A stretch of 64,000 nt of DNA from IMG/VR virus record IMGVR_UViG_3300032285_001177; one strand, given 5' to 3'. The stretch comes from a virus. Shown piece after piece: positions 46,567 through 55,397 of the stretch. Each line of letters begins with the position of its first letter. Position 1 is the first letter of the stretch. Both the position numbers and the translations under genes were made by a program. The notes below the pieces were generated by a model. It saw only the letters and a program-made list of their open reading frames with translations, was not told where the DNA came from and did not search any database.

Positions 46567-48351
46567 TTAACCTTCACATGCCAAACATGTTTCGCCTTCA
46601 GTCATCGCTTTAAGATCTATCTCGGCGATCACTTCACGCTCAATACGTTTTGACACCTTATCTGCCTTAGCAATCTTATCACTTCGACAGTAGTACATAG
46701 TTTTAAGTTTTTGTTTCCATGCTTGAAAATGCACAGCATGAACATACTTAATATTACTATCTGGTCTAAAGAATACGTTCAAGCTTTGTGCCTGATCTAT
46801 ATATTCTTGTCTGTCTGCCGCATGTTGGACAACCCATCTTTGATCGATCTCCATAGAAGTCTTAAACACATCTTTGGCCCAATCGTCCAATATATCCAAA
46901 TGTTGTACTGAACCATCATTCGCAATGATTGAAGACCAAACCTCATCATACTTATCACCGGCTTTCTCCTTTATAATCTTGTCGAGGTACTGGTTCTTGT
47001 GTAGATGGGATCCTGATAAGGTGTCTTGTCTATAAGCATTGGCTCGAAACGGCTCGATTGAGGGGCTTGTATTTCCCATGAGGATAGAACTACTAGCGTT
47101 AGGAGCAATAGCCATAAGATGACTAAACCTATTACCCGTGCCTTCTGCGTCAGGGGCTTCTCCTCGTTCTTTACCCAACTGTTGATTGGCTTTATCAAGA
47201 TTGGATCGAATATGCTGGAAAATTTGCTTATTAAGACCTGTGGCCATCGCAGACTCCCACGGGATATTCTTTCGCTGCAGTAAAGCATGCCAACCAAGAG
47301 CACCAATACCAATGCTCCGTTCGCGAGTAGCAGAATAACGAGCACGCTTAATATAACTAGGAGCAGTGTCAATAAAATATTGAAGCACATTGTCCAGCAT
47401 CTCTGCAACATCTTTGAGGAAAAGTTTATCATTTTTCCAATCATCATAATACTCCAAGTTTAAACTAGATAAGCAGCAAACCGCTGTTCTCTTTTCATTA
47501 GTAGGTAAGATAATCTCAGAGCATAGGTTTGATTGATGTACTTTTAAACCTTTGTCCTTTAACCATTGTGGTAGTTTTCTATTAGACTCATCGATAAAAT
47601 GCAGGTATGGTTCACCCGTAGTGATACGTAGTTCTAATAGTTTTTGCCATAATTCTTTTGCTGATACAGTCTCTGTTACAACACCTGAATGTGGATCTTT
47701 TAATTCCCAATCATCGTTTGCTTCTGGATCCAACATACAGTTCTCAATGATCTCCATGAATGCATCAGGAATATTAACACCATGATGTAAGTTCAAGCAA
47801 CGCATGTTTTGGTCGCCTGTTGGCTTACGCATCTCAAGGAACATCAAGATGTCTGGATGAGAGATGTCTAAGTAAGCAGCATAAGAACCACGTCGTGTAC
47901 GACCTTGGCGATATGCCAAACTACTTGCGTCGTACATTTTAAGATGAGGCATAACACCTGTTGACTTGTCGTCAGCAGACCGTATCCCAAATCCGATCCC
48001 AACACCGCCACCAAGCATACTAAGCCAATTAGTCTCAGAAAGGTTTTCAACTAAGCCCTCCGCTGTATCTTCAATAAAGTTTAAAAAACAAGAGATCGGT
48101 AATCCTCTCTTGGATCTACCGAACGAGAGGATAGGTGTAGCATAGGATAACCAATGTTTACTGCTATACTCATATAATCTTTGTGCGTGAAATTTGTCTG
48201 ATGCGAATTGATTTGATACGAACGCGAACCTTTCTTGTGGGCTCTTCTCATCATCCTTCATATACGACTCTTTTAACCTAATCATTCCTAATTCATCGAA
48301 CAATGAATCTCGTGAATAGTCAATCTTTACTCCATGAACTTCTTCAGTCAT
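46567..48351 (-). CDS. nrdA: Class I ribonucleotide reductase alpha subunit (short, no ATP cone)
   Basis: ISCF, SNLCSE, VCCLSS, APNASSS, TMYY, C-terminal CLACEG. Confidence 0.96.
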   Translation of the reverse strand: MTEEVHGVKIDYSRDSLFDELGMIRLKESYMKDDEKSPQERFAFVSNQFASDKFHAQRLYEYSSKHWLSYATPILSFGRSKRGLPISCFLNFIEDTAEGLVENLSETNWLSMLGGGVGIGFGIRSADDKSTGVMPHLKMYDASSLAYRQGRTRRGSYAAYLDISHPDILMFLEMRKPTGDQNMRCLNLHHGVNIPDAFMEIIENCMLDPEANDDWELKDPHSGVVTETVSAKELWQKLLELRITTGEPYLHFIDESNRKLPQWLKDKGLKVHQSNLCSEIILPTNEKRTAVCCLSSLNLEYYDDWKNDKLFLKDVAEMLDNVLQYFIDTAPSYIKRARYSATRERSIGIGALGWHALLQRKNIPWESAMATGLNKQIFQHIRSNLDKANQQLGKERGEAPDAEGTGNRFSHLMAIAPNASSSILMGNTSPSIEPFRANAYRQDTLSGSHLHKNQYLDKIIKEKAGDKYDEVWSSIIANDGSVQHLDILDDWAKDVFKTSMEIDQRWVVQHAADRQEYIDQAQSLNVFFRPDSNIKYVHAVHFQAWKQKLKTMYYCRSDKIAKADKVSKRIEREVIAEIDLKAMTEGETCLACEG

Positions 48352-48361
48352 CGTAACTCCG

Positions 48362-48781
48362 TTATTTTTTAAGTTGTTTTTCTACTACTTGCTGTCTTAA
48401 TGCTGATGTTGAAAAGCGATGGTCTCTCTTATTGAAGTAGAGTTGGATGCCACGCTTCTTACAAATATCTTTCCCAGTAAAGTCTTGATCTCTGTATTCG
48501 TCACCTAGTATTCTTATATCTATATGATACATCTCAAGTATATCTTCAAGGTCTTTCTCAGTTCTATATACTACAATCTCATCTACGTACTTAACTGCTG
48601 ATAGTTGGACTTGTCTTTCAACTATGGTTTGGATTGGTGAGTTCTTAGTTTCTCGGTCAACTGACGGATCCACTTGTAATCCACATATCAAGTAGTCACA
48701 GTGTTCCTTTGCTTCCCTTAGCATGGTTATATGGCCAGCATGTAAGAGGTCAAACGTTGAAGCAGTAAAGCCTATTTTCAT
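48362..48781 (-). CDS. Cytidylyltransferase (TagD/RfaE-like)
   Basis: TFDLLHAGH...AVKYVDE...RFSTS. Confidence 0.87.
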   Translation of the reverse strand: MKIGFTASTFDLLHAGHITMLREAKEHCDYLICGLQVDPSVDRETKNSPIQTIVERQVQLSAVKYVDEIVVYRTEKDLEDILEMYHIDIRILGDEYRDQDFTGKDICKKRGIQLYFNKRDHRFSTSALRQQVVEKQLKK

Positions 48782-48785
48782 TTTG

Positions 48786-48793
48786 TATTTATA
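48786..48793 (-). promoter_or_regulatory. T4-type late promoter TATAAATA
   Basis: Exact consensus overlapping the galE stop, 5 nt before the next ATG. Confidence 0.55.
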
Positions 48794-49670
48794 CTCGAGT
48801 TTTCTCAGCCGTGTATGCAGACAGACACATATCTTTTAGTTGATATTGTGGATGCAACAGATTGAATTGGTTATCAATTGACAAAGATGCTGGATCCCCA
48901 GGTCTGCGGCCAGCCTTCCTAACCTTAAAGTTTACGCCTGTTACTTCGTGCATTGTTTCGACGACTTCTTTGACTGAATAGCCTTTGCCCGACCCAATAC
49001 ACTCATATGGCGTGTTAAACGGACCATGCTTAATCGTATCGCGAATAGCATTAACAAGATCCACAACGTGAATATAATCTCTAACACAAGTACCATCAGG
49101 TGTATCATAATCATCTCCATAAATTGCCATAAAATCTCTTGTCCCAACTGCCGCTTCAGCTGCAATACGTATTAGATGGGATGATCTACCTACTTGTCTA
49201 TGCATACCATCAGATCCTGCCACATTAAAGAACCTAAATATGGTGTACTTCTTTGATTGTTCTTTGATCACATCTTCTGCAGCTAGCTTAGATCTTGCAT
49301 ACGGTGACTGCGCATCAAATGCTCCAGCTGTAGATGCAAATATAAAATGTGGTTCACCATTAAAACCTTGTCGTAGCATATTAACCGTACCACCAAGGTT
49401 TGTTGCATAGTATTTAGTAGGGCGCACGACGCTTTCTTCTACTTGGATTAATCCTGCAAGGTGAACGATGACATCATAGTCTTCGTCGATGACATGTCGT
49501 GTTACGTCTTTGATAAGGATACGATGACAATATCTCTTGACATCATTATGCTTCTTCCACTCAAGATCAAGACCTGTGATGTTATGACCAGCTTCGAACA
49601 ATACCTTTGCTAGGTGAGAGCCAATATAACCAGTAACCCCGGTAATCAATACTTTCAACATTTTCTCCAT
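48789..49670 (-). CDS. galE: UDP-glucose 4-epimerase
   Basis: ITGVTGYIGSH, HLAG, YARSK, FRFFNVAG, DGTCVRDYIHV, RRPGD. Confidence 0.88.
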   Translation of the reverse strand: MEKMLKVLITGVTGYIGSHLAKVLFEAGHNITGLDLEWKKHNDVKRYCHRILIKDVTRHVIDEDYDVIVHLAGLIQVEESVVRPTKYYATNLGGTVNMLRQGFNGEPHFIFASTAGAFDAQSPYARSKLAAEDVIKEQSKKYTIFRFFNVAGSDGMHRQVGRSSHLIRIAAEAAVGTRDFMAIYGDDYDTPDGTCVRDYIHVVDLVNAIRDTIKHGPFNTPYECIGSGKGYSVKEVVETMHEVTGVNFKVRKAGRRPGDPASLSIDNQFNLLHPQYQLKDMCLSAYTAEKTRV

Positions 49671-50662
49671 TGAGTAAACTTAAGCTTTGCTTCCATACCT
49701 TGGAAGGTATTTGTATTTATAGTATCCATGATTGATTCTATAGATTTACCGTGTAATACCATCTCATTGATATCCTTCTGTTGGATGGTATCTGGCCACA
49801 AACATACAGCATAGTCTTCATCGATTAACTTCTCAATAAACTTACAGATCTCTTTGGATCTTGGTTCATTATCCATGATAAGCGTTGCATTATCTTTGAT
49901 AGCTTGTACAAACTTAGTATCAAACCCTGCACCAGCAACAGCGATAGCATTAGGTATAAACATAGAATCGATTGGACCTTCTGTTACATAGATCCGTTTA
50001 GTATGATCCATACGATCAATACCATAGATCTTTTCTTGGGTCTCATCTAACTTGATAGTGATATACTTTGGTTGTTCATTACCAAACGCTCTACCTTGCA
50101 ATGCGATACACTTACCATCTTCGTCATAGAACGGGATGATTAACCGTGGTGCATCATACTTGGTATCGGGAAACGTGTACTTAAGGTTATTAACAAAGTC
50201 TTTAAACTTAGGTGCATAATACAGATCTTCCCATCTTTCTTGTGGGATCTTACGAGATATGACGTATTGTAAAGCTTCTTGGTTTAATTGTAAAGGTTGT
50301 GCACCAGCTTTGACAAGATCTACACTGACCGGGTTTGTAATCAATGGTACAGCTTGTTCGATCTTAGCATGAGGCATATGCTTAGAAGTATTCTCTTTGT
50401 ATCGTTCTAATACATACTCGCTATAAACTGTAGGATCAAGATGCTTTAATAGACCACCGATAGACTTTGATACACCACAGTTATGGCACTTATACACCAA
50501 CCTGTCTTGGTTCTTATAAACAAAGCCTCGAGCCTTTAACTCGTTCTTTTTGGAATCACCACATATGGGACAACTGAAGTTCCAATAGTAGTCGTTCTTC
50601 TTTTTAAAGTTACGGAGTTTGTAGGAGATTTGACCTACGAATTTAGCATCAATATACAACAT
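49655..50662 (-). CDS. gp61: DNA primase gp61
   Basis: CPICGDS...YKCHNC zinc finger, QGRAF, TEGPIDSMF, DNEPR, KDINEM. Confidence 0.95.
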   Translation of the reverse strand: MLYIDAKFVGQISYKLRNFKKKNDYYWNFSCPICGDSKKNELKARGFVYKNQDRLVYKCHNCGVSKSIGGLLKHLDPTVYSEYVLERYKENTSKHMPHAKIEQAVPLITNPVSVDLVKAGAQPLQLNQEALQYVISRKIPQERWEDLYYAPKFKDFVNNLKYTFPDTKYDAPRLIIPFYDEDGKCIALQGRAFGNEQPKYITIKLDETQEKIYGIDRMDHTKRIYVTEGPIDSMFIPNAIAVAGAGFDTKFVQAIKDNATLIMDNEPRSKEICKFIEKLIDEDYAVCLWPDTIQQKDINEMVLHGKSIESIMDTINTNTFQGMEAKLKFTQWRKC

Positions 50663-50668
50663 AATATA

Positions 50669-50697
50669 ATTATACCCTGGTTAGCTATTAAAGTACA
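50669..50697 (-). promoter_or_regulatory. Phage promoter TGTACT-TTAA-N13-TATAAT (leaderless primase mRNA)
   Basis: Repeated motif; ATG 7 nt past the -10 element. Confidence 0.8.
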
Positions 50698-50698
50698 T

Positions 50699-51262
50699 TT
50701 ATTCTTTGATATAATCCTTAAATATCTCATGTACTTGATCCATTTGGATATTTTTACCATTCCTATGTACTATAACATGGCTTAGACACCAGCGCCCTTC
50801 ATCTGATTGGTTATCAACAGAATGTGGTATTCCAGCATTGATAAAGGTTGATTTTTTTACTTGAAACCTAAACTCTTCAGTTACCATTTGTTCCGTGTAT
50901 AATAAGTACTTTGTGCCTATGGGTGTAGTAAACTTGTTCTTTTGTTCAGGATTCTTAGGCTTCCACCAAACCATATCTCCTGTCCCACCCCAAATCCAGT
51001 TTAGTTTTGCCATGTTACTAAAAACTTCGTTATCAACATGGATAGGCAACTTCTGATGAGCTGGAGTATAGAACATCTCTTGATGGGATATCAAACATCC
51101 ATGGCTCTCAATGAGCTGGATTAAGTTCTTATCAAGATCATGCCTACTATAAGGAAAGATATAGTATTGCTTAGGATGTTTCCATCCTTCAGCGATCTTA
51201 TATGCTGGAGCTAGGTTTATCTCAAACGGTAACTCAAGTTCTGTGACAAAATTATTCTTCAT
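50699..51262 (-). CDS. Cupin/2OG-oxygenase-like protein
   Basis: IHVD...KLNW...NAGIPHSVDN...RWCLS. Confidence 0.6.
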   Translation of the reverse strand: MKNNFVTELELPFEINLAPAYKIAEGWKHPKQYYIFPYSRHDLDKNLIQLIESHGCLISHQEMFYTPAHQKLPIHVDNEVFSNMAKLNWIWGGTGDMVWWKPKNPEQKNKFTTPIGTKYLLYTEQMVTEEFRFQVKKSTFINAGIPHSVDNQSDEGRWCLSHVIVHRNGKNIQMDQVHEIFKDYIKE

Positions 51263-51527
51263 TCTCTAACACAGCAACGATGAACTCTTCTAATAGGACA
51301 ACACGTTGGTTGCCATCCACTGTTGCAACTTGTGCCTTAGACCAATCTAATAATACTTTGTCGCCAACCTGTACAGATGTTACTTCAGGACCAATAGCCA
51401 ATACTGTACCAGTCTTTGATTCACCATGACGATCAGATCCTTCGATCACGATACCTGATGCTGTAGTGTTCTCACGTTTGTTTTCTGCTACTAATACCTT
51501 CTTACCTAATACTCGTACTGTTGACAT
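51252..51527 (-). CDS. groES: Co-chaperonin GroES
   Basis: TTASGIVI mobile loop; GTVLAIGPEV..VQVGDKV. Confidence 0.88.
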   Translation of the reverse strand: MSTVRVLGKKVLVAENKRENTTASGIVIEGSDRHGESKTGTVLAIGPEVTSVQVGDKVLLDWSKAQVATVDGNQRVVLLEEFIVAVLENEE

Positions 51528-51529
51528 AA

Positions 51530-51763
51530 CTATCCTTTAAATAACCAGATATAACTGGCAAAAATGTTTAAGAAAAAGAAGTATACATTTTGAATTAACA
51601 ATGGTTTATTCGGGTGTACCTTATAGAAGTGGTGGATCAATACCCCATGGGATATGACAAATCCTGGGAATGCATAAGCCATCCATGGCATCTTGAGTGC
51701 TACTGAGGTACCGGAGACGATGAAAAGAGTAGTGGATAACCACTTAATATCAAATGACTTCAT
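51530..51763 (-). CDS. Small membrane protein
   Basis: Three hydrophobic segments; has its own promoter. Confidence 0.6.
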   Translation of the reverse strand: MKSFDIKWLSTTLFIVSGTSVALKMPWMAYAFPGFVISHGVLIHHFYKVHPNKPLLIQNVYFFFLNIFASYIWLFKG

Positions 51764-51768
51764 AATGT

Positions 51769-51797
51769 ATTATACCTTAAAGGCGGATTAATGTAAA
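51769..51797 (-). promoter_or_regulatory. Phage promoter TTTACA-TTAA-N13-TATAAT (leaderless)
   Basis: Repeated motif; ATG 6 nt past the -10 element. Confidence 0.78.
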
Positions 51798-51798
51798 A

Positions 51799-52515
51799 TT
51801 ATAAACTTAGCGATTGGTCTTGTGCAGATTTGGTATACTCAGACATCTTGTCTAGGTAACCTTGATTACGTAGTTCTTTGAATACGAGGTTTTCGAAAGA
51901 GAACTCACCGCCTTTTTTAATGGCAGCACCTCTCATCTCTCTAAACTTCTCTTTGAGGTTCTTGAATGCCTCTGTGTCAGACTTATTCTTGATCATATCA
52001 TCGATTAGATGCATATAGAACTTAACCTTCTTTTTAAGGTATGGGTTCTTAAGCATATCATCACCAACAAACTCAGGTTTGGCTACCCACTCATTCTTAG
52101 TTAATGAGTATACACCTTGATCTTTAGGATACTCGACAGACTCATCTTGTGCATAAGGTTCAAGACCATAACCTAAGATGTTTATCTTGTGGGCCATAGT
52201 CCACATGACTTTCTTATCTTGTAGGTAGTCGTCTAGTAACGGATTATTTGGAGCAATCTTGGACTTATCAACAACCAAATGAACATCAATATCAGATAGA
52301 TCAGTATAGTTGTAGTTAGCGTTACCTCCGAGCATGATAACTTCTTTAACTGCACTTTTAGGGATCTTAGCAAAATCTCTCCATGCTTCCGCAAACTGTA
52401 ATAGCTTTGCTCTTACTTCTGGTTTCAATACGAAGTCATCCCATAATTTAGGATTGAGCTCCTTATGATATTGAAGTTGAAGCTTTAGTTCTGTAATGTA
52501 TTGCGCATATTTCAT
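51799..52515 (-). CDS. Pol-beta superfamily nucleotidyltransferase
   Basis: MLGGNANYNYTDLSDIDVHL (G[GS]...DxD), followed by a third acidic residue in GLEPY. Confidence 0.75.
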   Translation of the reverse strand: MKYAQYITELKLQLQYHKELNPKLWDDFVLKPEVRAKLLQFAEAWRDFAKIPKSAVKEVIMLGGNANYNYTDLSDIDVHLVVDKSKIAPNNPLLDDYLQDKKVMWTMAHKINILGYGLEPYAQDESVEYPKDQGVYSLTKNEWVAKPEFVGDDMLKNPYLKKKVKFYMHLIDDMIKNKSDTEAFKNLKEKFREMRGAAIKKGGEFSFENLVFKELRNQGYLDKMSEYTKSAQDQSLSL

Positions 52516-52901
52516 TTTAGGAACTTATTCACGAACCACATTGCAGCAATACCACCACCGATGATTACCCATCTCCACATCTCTAGCACTTTAAGACGGT
52601 CATCATAGACTTGAAGTTTTTCGTCTATTGCTTTTTGGATCTTGTCATGACCAATTGAAGAGTTCTTCATTGACTCATCGATCTTGTCGCTAAGAGTCTT
52701 AGTTGCAGAATCTAGTTTACCATATAGATGACGAATGTCATCTTGGTTCCTATCTGTATCCTTCTCTATAGTGTTCATGCGTTGTTCCTGTACTGCAAGT
52801 AGCTTACTAATGTTAGCTGATACCTCGGTTAACTTATCGATCGAGTCATCTAACTTAAGGACTATGCGCTCTAATTGTTCTACTTCGTTACTAGTTGCCA
52901 T
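52512..52901 (-). CDS. Coiled-coil protein with C-terminal TM
   Basis: Heptad repeats ending LEMWRWVIIGGGIAAMWF. Confidence 0.6.
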   Translation of the reverse strand: MATSNEVEQLERIVLKLDDSIDKLTEVSANISKLLAVQEQRMNTIEKDTDRNQDDIRHLYGKLDSATKTLSDKIDESMKNSSIGHDKIQKAIDEKLQVYDDRLKVLEMWRWVIIGGGIAAMWFVNKFLK

Positions 52902-53496
52902 TATAGATCTTTTCCTGTTGTGCAACCCAGTCTTGTAGAGCTTTCAACCTCTCACTTAACTGGTGGTAGTTGTTGTAGTTGATCGTTACTGTTTCTCCAA
53001 CGGCAGAGAGTTTAATGGAACTGGCGGTTCCATCAATTCCGGCGGTGGAGTCGGGAACTTCATTTTTTGCGGCAGAATCGTGGAGCACGACAAAAGATTT
53101 AGGGATAACGCAGTTAGCGTCAGCATCCTTATTGACATACTCAGTAACTTTCTTAATGATAACATCGCCCTTCTCCTTAACTACCTTTGTTTGTGTAATA
53201 TATTTTGTAACAATTTGTTTTGAATGTTTTTCAGATAATGCAACCTTACGGTCCATATCTTCTTTGAGTTTAGCTGCTTCAGCTCTCCACTTCATTTCAG
53301 TACCGTATCCGCCATATAGGTAAACACTACCTATGAGTAGCAAACTACCAAGTGTTCTGGCTATCATACCCCAACCTTTAACGAAAGGAAGGAACACCGT
53401 GAATGTACCAAAAACGAATAATGCTGCACCAATACCCATTACAGATAGGATAAAACCATATAGCACACTGTCTGGGATAATACTCAATAACCACAT
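52891..53496 (-). CDS. Membrane protein, inner-spanin (Rz)-like
   Basis: N-terminal TMs, coiled coil, DANCVIPKSFVVLHDSAA motif. Confidence 0.55.
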   Translation of the reverse strand: MWLLSIIPDSVLYGFILSVMGIGAALFVFGTFTVFLPFVKGWGMIARTLGSLLLIGSVYLYGGYGTEMKWRAEAAKLKEDMDRKVALSEKHSKQIVTKYITQTKVVKEKGDVIIKKVTEYVNKDADANCVIPKSFVVLHDSAAKNEVPDSTAGIDGTASSIKLSAVGETVTINYNNYHQLSERLKALQDWVAQQEKIYNGN

Positions 53497-53497
53497 A

Positions 53498-54055
53498 TTA
53501 AAATACCTTGTTGTTACGGCGAGCCATACTTACTGCGCCTGTGTTTGTCTTCTTATACTTATCTATGTCTTTCTTCTTTAATACTGGTGTTGTTGCTGCA
53601 TCTGTAGATGTCATGACTCCAGTTGAATTTGCTGGAGCGCTACCTGCGCCCTCACCATCTTCTTCTAGACTCTTGATATACTTCTCAACCAATATAGTTT
53701 CTTCTGCTAAGATAGCATCATTTTCCATTAGCTTATGGAACTTCTGCTCCATCATAGAGACGGAGCGTTCGTTCTTTTCGTAATACTCACGGATTAGGAA
53801 ATACGCAGACACTAGACTCTTCAACTTACTTTCCCCTCCAGGCAGTTTGTTGATTATCTTCTTCATGTTAAAGACTAATCGATGTAGGAACGTGTAAGCA
53901 CTCTTCTGTTCAACAGTCGTGAACATAGAAGGCTTTATGAGGTTTTTTCCCTTTTTATCGATAATACCAAGTTTAAAGGCATCAGTCTCGCTGAATGGTT
54001 TAACCAACATAGAGAGGACTCTAAGTGCTATTAAGTTGTCTATTACTTGCGCCAT
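53498..54055 (-). CDS. Conserved T4-like hypothetical protein
   Basis: PFSETDAFKLGIIDKKG...YTFLHRLVFNMKK. Confidence 0.65.
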   Translation of the reverse strand: MAQVIDNLIALRVLSMLVKPFSETDAFKLGIIDKKGKNLIKPSMFTTVEQKSAYTFLHRLVFNMKKIINKLPGGESKLKSLVSAYFLIREYYEKNERSVSMMEQKFHKLMENDAILAEETILVEKYIKSLEEDGEGAGSAPANSTGVMTSTDAATTPVLKKKDIDKYKKTNTGAVSMARRNNKVF

Positions 54056-54432
54056 CAGATCTTCCTAAGTGTTTGTATTATATAATCGTCTAACTCAACT
54101 TCAGATAGCTTTAGGTTATACTGAGTTAACTCTTCTGGCATCCTGTTAAGGAATACCAAGAATGTAATGAGTGTATCCCAATACTCTTCCTCTATCTTAA
54201 AGAATAACATATTCGTGGCATGATCGCCAAATAAGTTATATAGTACTATCAAGTGGTTTAAGATGAGGTTCTCTTTCAGATCGCACTCGCTCTTATACCT
54301 ATTAAATAGTTTCTTTAAATATAGAAACCTTTTGAGGTCATCATTAAACTCCTCCAACGAATAGCATTGGGTATTGTCGTAATGATGCATCGCATAGGTT
54401 ATAAAATTATCTTCGGTCAACATTTGATTCAT
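54055..54432 (-). CDS. Conserved T4-like hypothetical protein
   Basis: AMHHYDN.QC...EF.DDLKRF.YLKKL...LILNHLIVLYNLFG. Confidence 0.65.
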   Translation of the reverse strand: MNQMLTEDNFITYAMHHYDNTQCYSLEEFNDDLKRFLYLKKLFNRYKSECDLKENLILNHLIVLYNLFGDHATNMLFFKIEEEYWDTLITFLVFLNRMPEELTQYNLKLSEVELDDYIIQTLRKI

Positions 54433-54435
54433 ATT

Positions 54436-54459
54436 AAAAGGAGGGGAGTTACCTCCCCC
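54436..54459 (-). terminator. Rho-independent terminator
   Basis: GGGGAG-GTAA-CTCCCC stem with GNRA loop, then TCCTTTT, just after a stop codon. Confidence 0.75.
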
Positions 54460-54466
54460 ACTTAGA

Positions 54467-55369
54467 TTAAGTTACTGTTAATGTTACTGCGTTAGATGTA
54501 GCGTTTGTATTAGCTGTATCAGTACCACAGATTACACGGTATTTCTTACCATTTAATCCTGTTGAGTTGCTAACTATTAATGTATCAGTAGAAACTCCTG
54601 AGTATACACCAGCATTACTGAGGTTAGACCATGTAGATCCACCGTTTGAACTGATTTGCCATTGGTATGTCAATGAACCGTATGCACCAGTAGCAACTGA
54701 AGTAACTGGGAAGTTTGTACCACCAGGAGCAACTGTAGTTCTGTTTGGTGGTTGAACTGTAATAGTTGTAGTAGCATCAACAACGTTTGTATCATCGTAT
54801 GTGTTATCACCAGTTTGAGCTTGGTATGTACCAGAACCAGTTGCGCCAGCGTATGCACCCATAGCGATTAAGATCTCTGATTTATGTCTAACATTACCAT
54901 TAGCATCAGTGTATGAACGATAACTTGTCCAACCTGGTGTTTTAATACCGCGAGCAATGTTTTCGCCTTGTTGAGCTTCATCAGCATCAACGAAGTATAA
55001 ATCACGGCCGTTGTAATTATGATCATAGCCTTCGTTACCTTCAACGTTACGTTGTAAGTAGCCATAAGCACCAGATGCGCCAGCTGTTAGATTGATACCT
55101 GTAGCGCCAGCTTTTGCACCAGCTTCTGTAGTAGCAAGCTTGATCGTGTTGTCTGTTTGTCTCATCGCATAGTATGTTGAACCTTGTGTTAAACCAATGC
55201 CACTAGCACCAGTATAAACAACGCCATCACCTGTCGCGAAGTTTGTATTTGCATTCGTTAGATCGATAGTATCTGCACTTGAACTTACTTTATCAAGCGT
55301 AAATGCTGCCTTTCTAGTAATATACTTTGGAGCCGAAGCTAAAGTATCTGTTTTTCCCCATAAAGCCAT
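54467..55369 (-). CDS. Virion surface protein with C-terminal Ig-like domain
   Basis: MALWGKTD start; ITVQP...LTYQWQ...TLIV...KYRV...SNAVTLTV. Confidence 0.75.
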   Translation of the reverse strand: MALWGKTDTLASAPKYITRKAAFTLDKVSSSADTIDLTNANTNFATGDGVVYTGASGIGLTQGSTYYAMRQTDNTIKLATTEAGAKAGATGINLTAGASGAYGYLQRNVEGNEGYDHNYNGRDLYFVDADEAQQGENIARGIKTPGWTSYRSYTDANGNVRHKSEILIAMGAYAGATGSGTYQAQTGDNTYDDTNVVDATTTITVQPPNRTTVAPGGTNFPVTSVATGAYGSLTYQWQISSNGGSTWSNLSNAGVYSGVSTDTLIVSNSTGLNGKKYRVICGTDTANTNATSNAVTLTVT

Positions 55370-55397
55370 TTTAATTACTCCTTAAATTTATATTTAT

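Noticed and set aside
43744-48351. Introns or inteins in nrdA/nrdB, or a mobile homing endonuclease
   Set aside because: Both nrd genes are continuous and compact. The GIY-YIG ORF is short, free-standing and lacks an evident DNA-binding extension.
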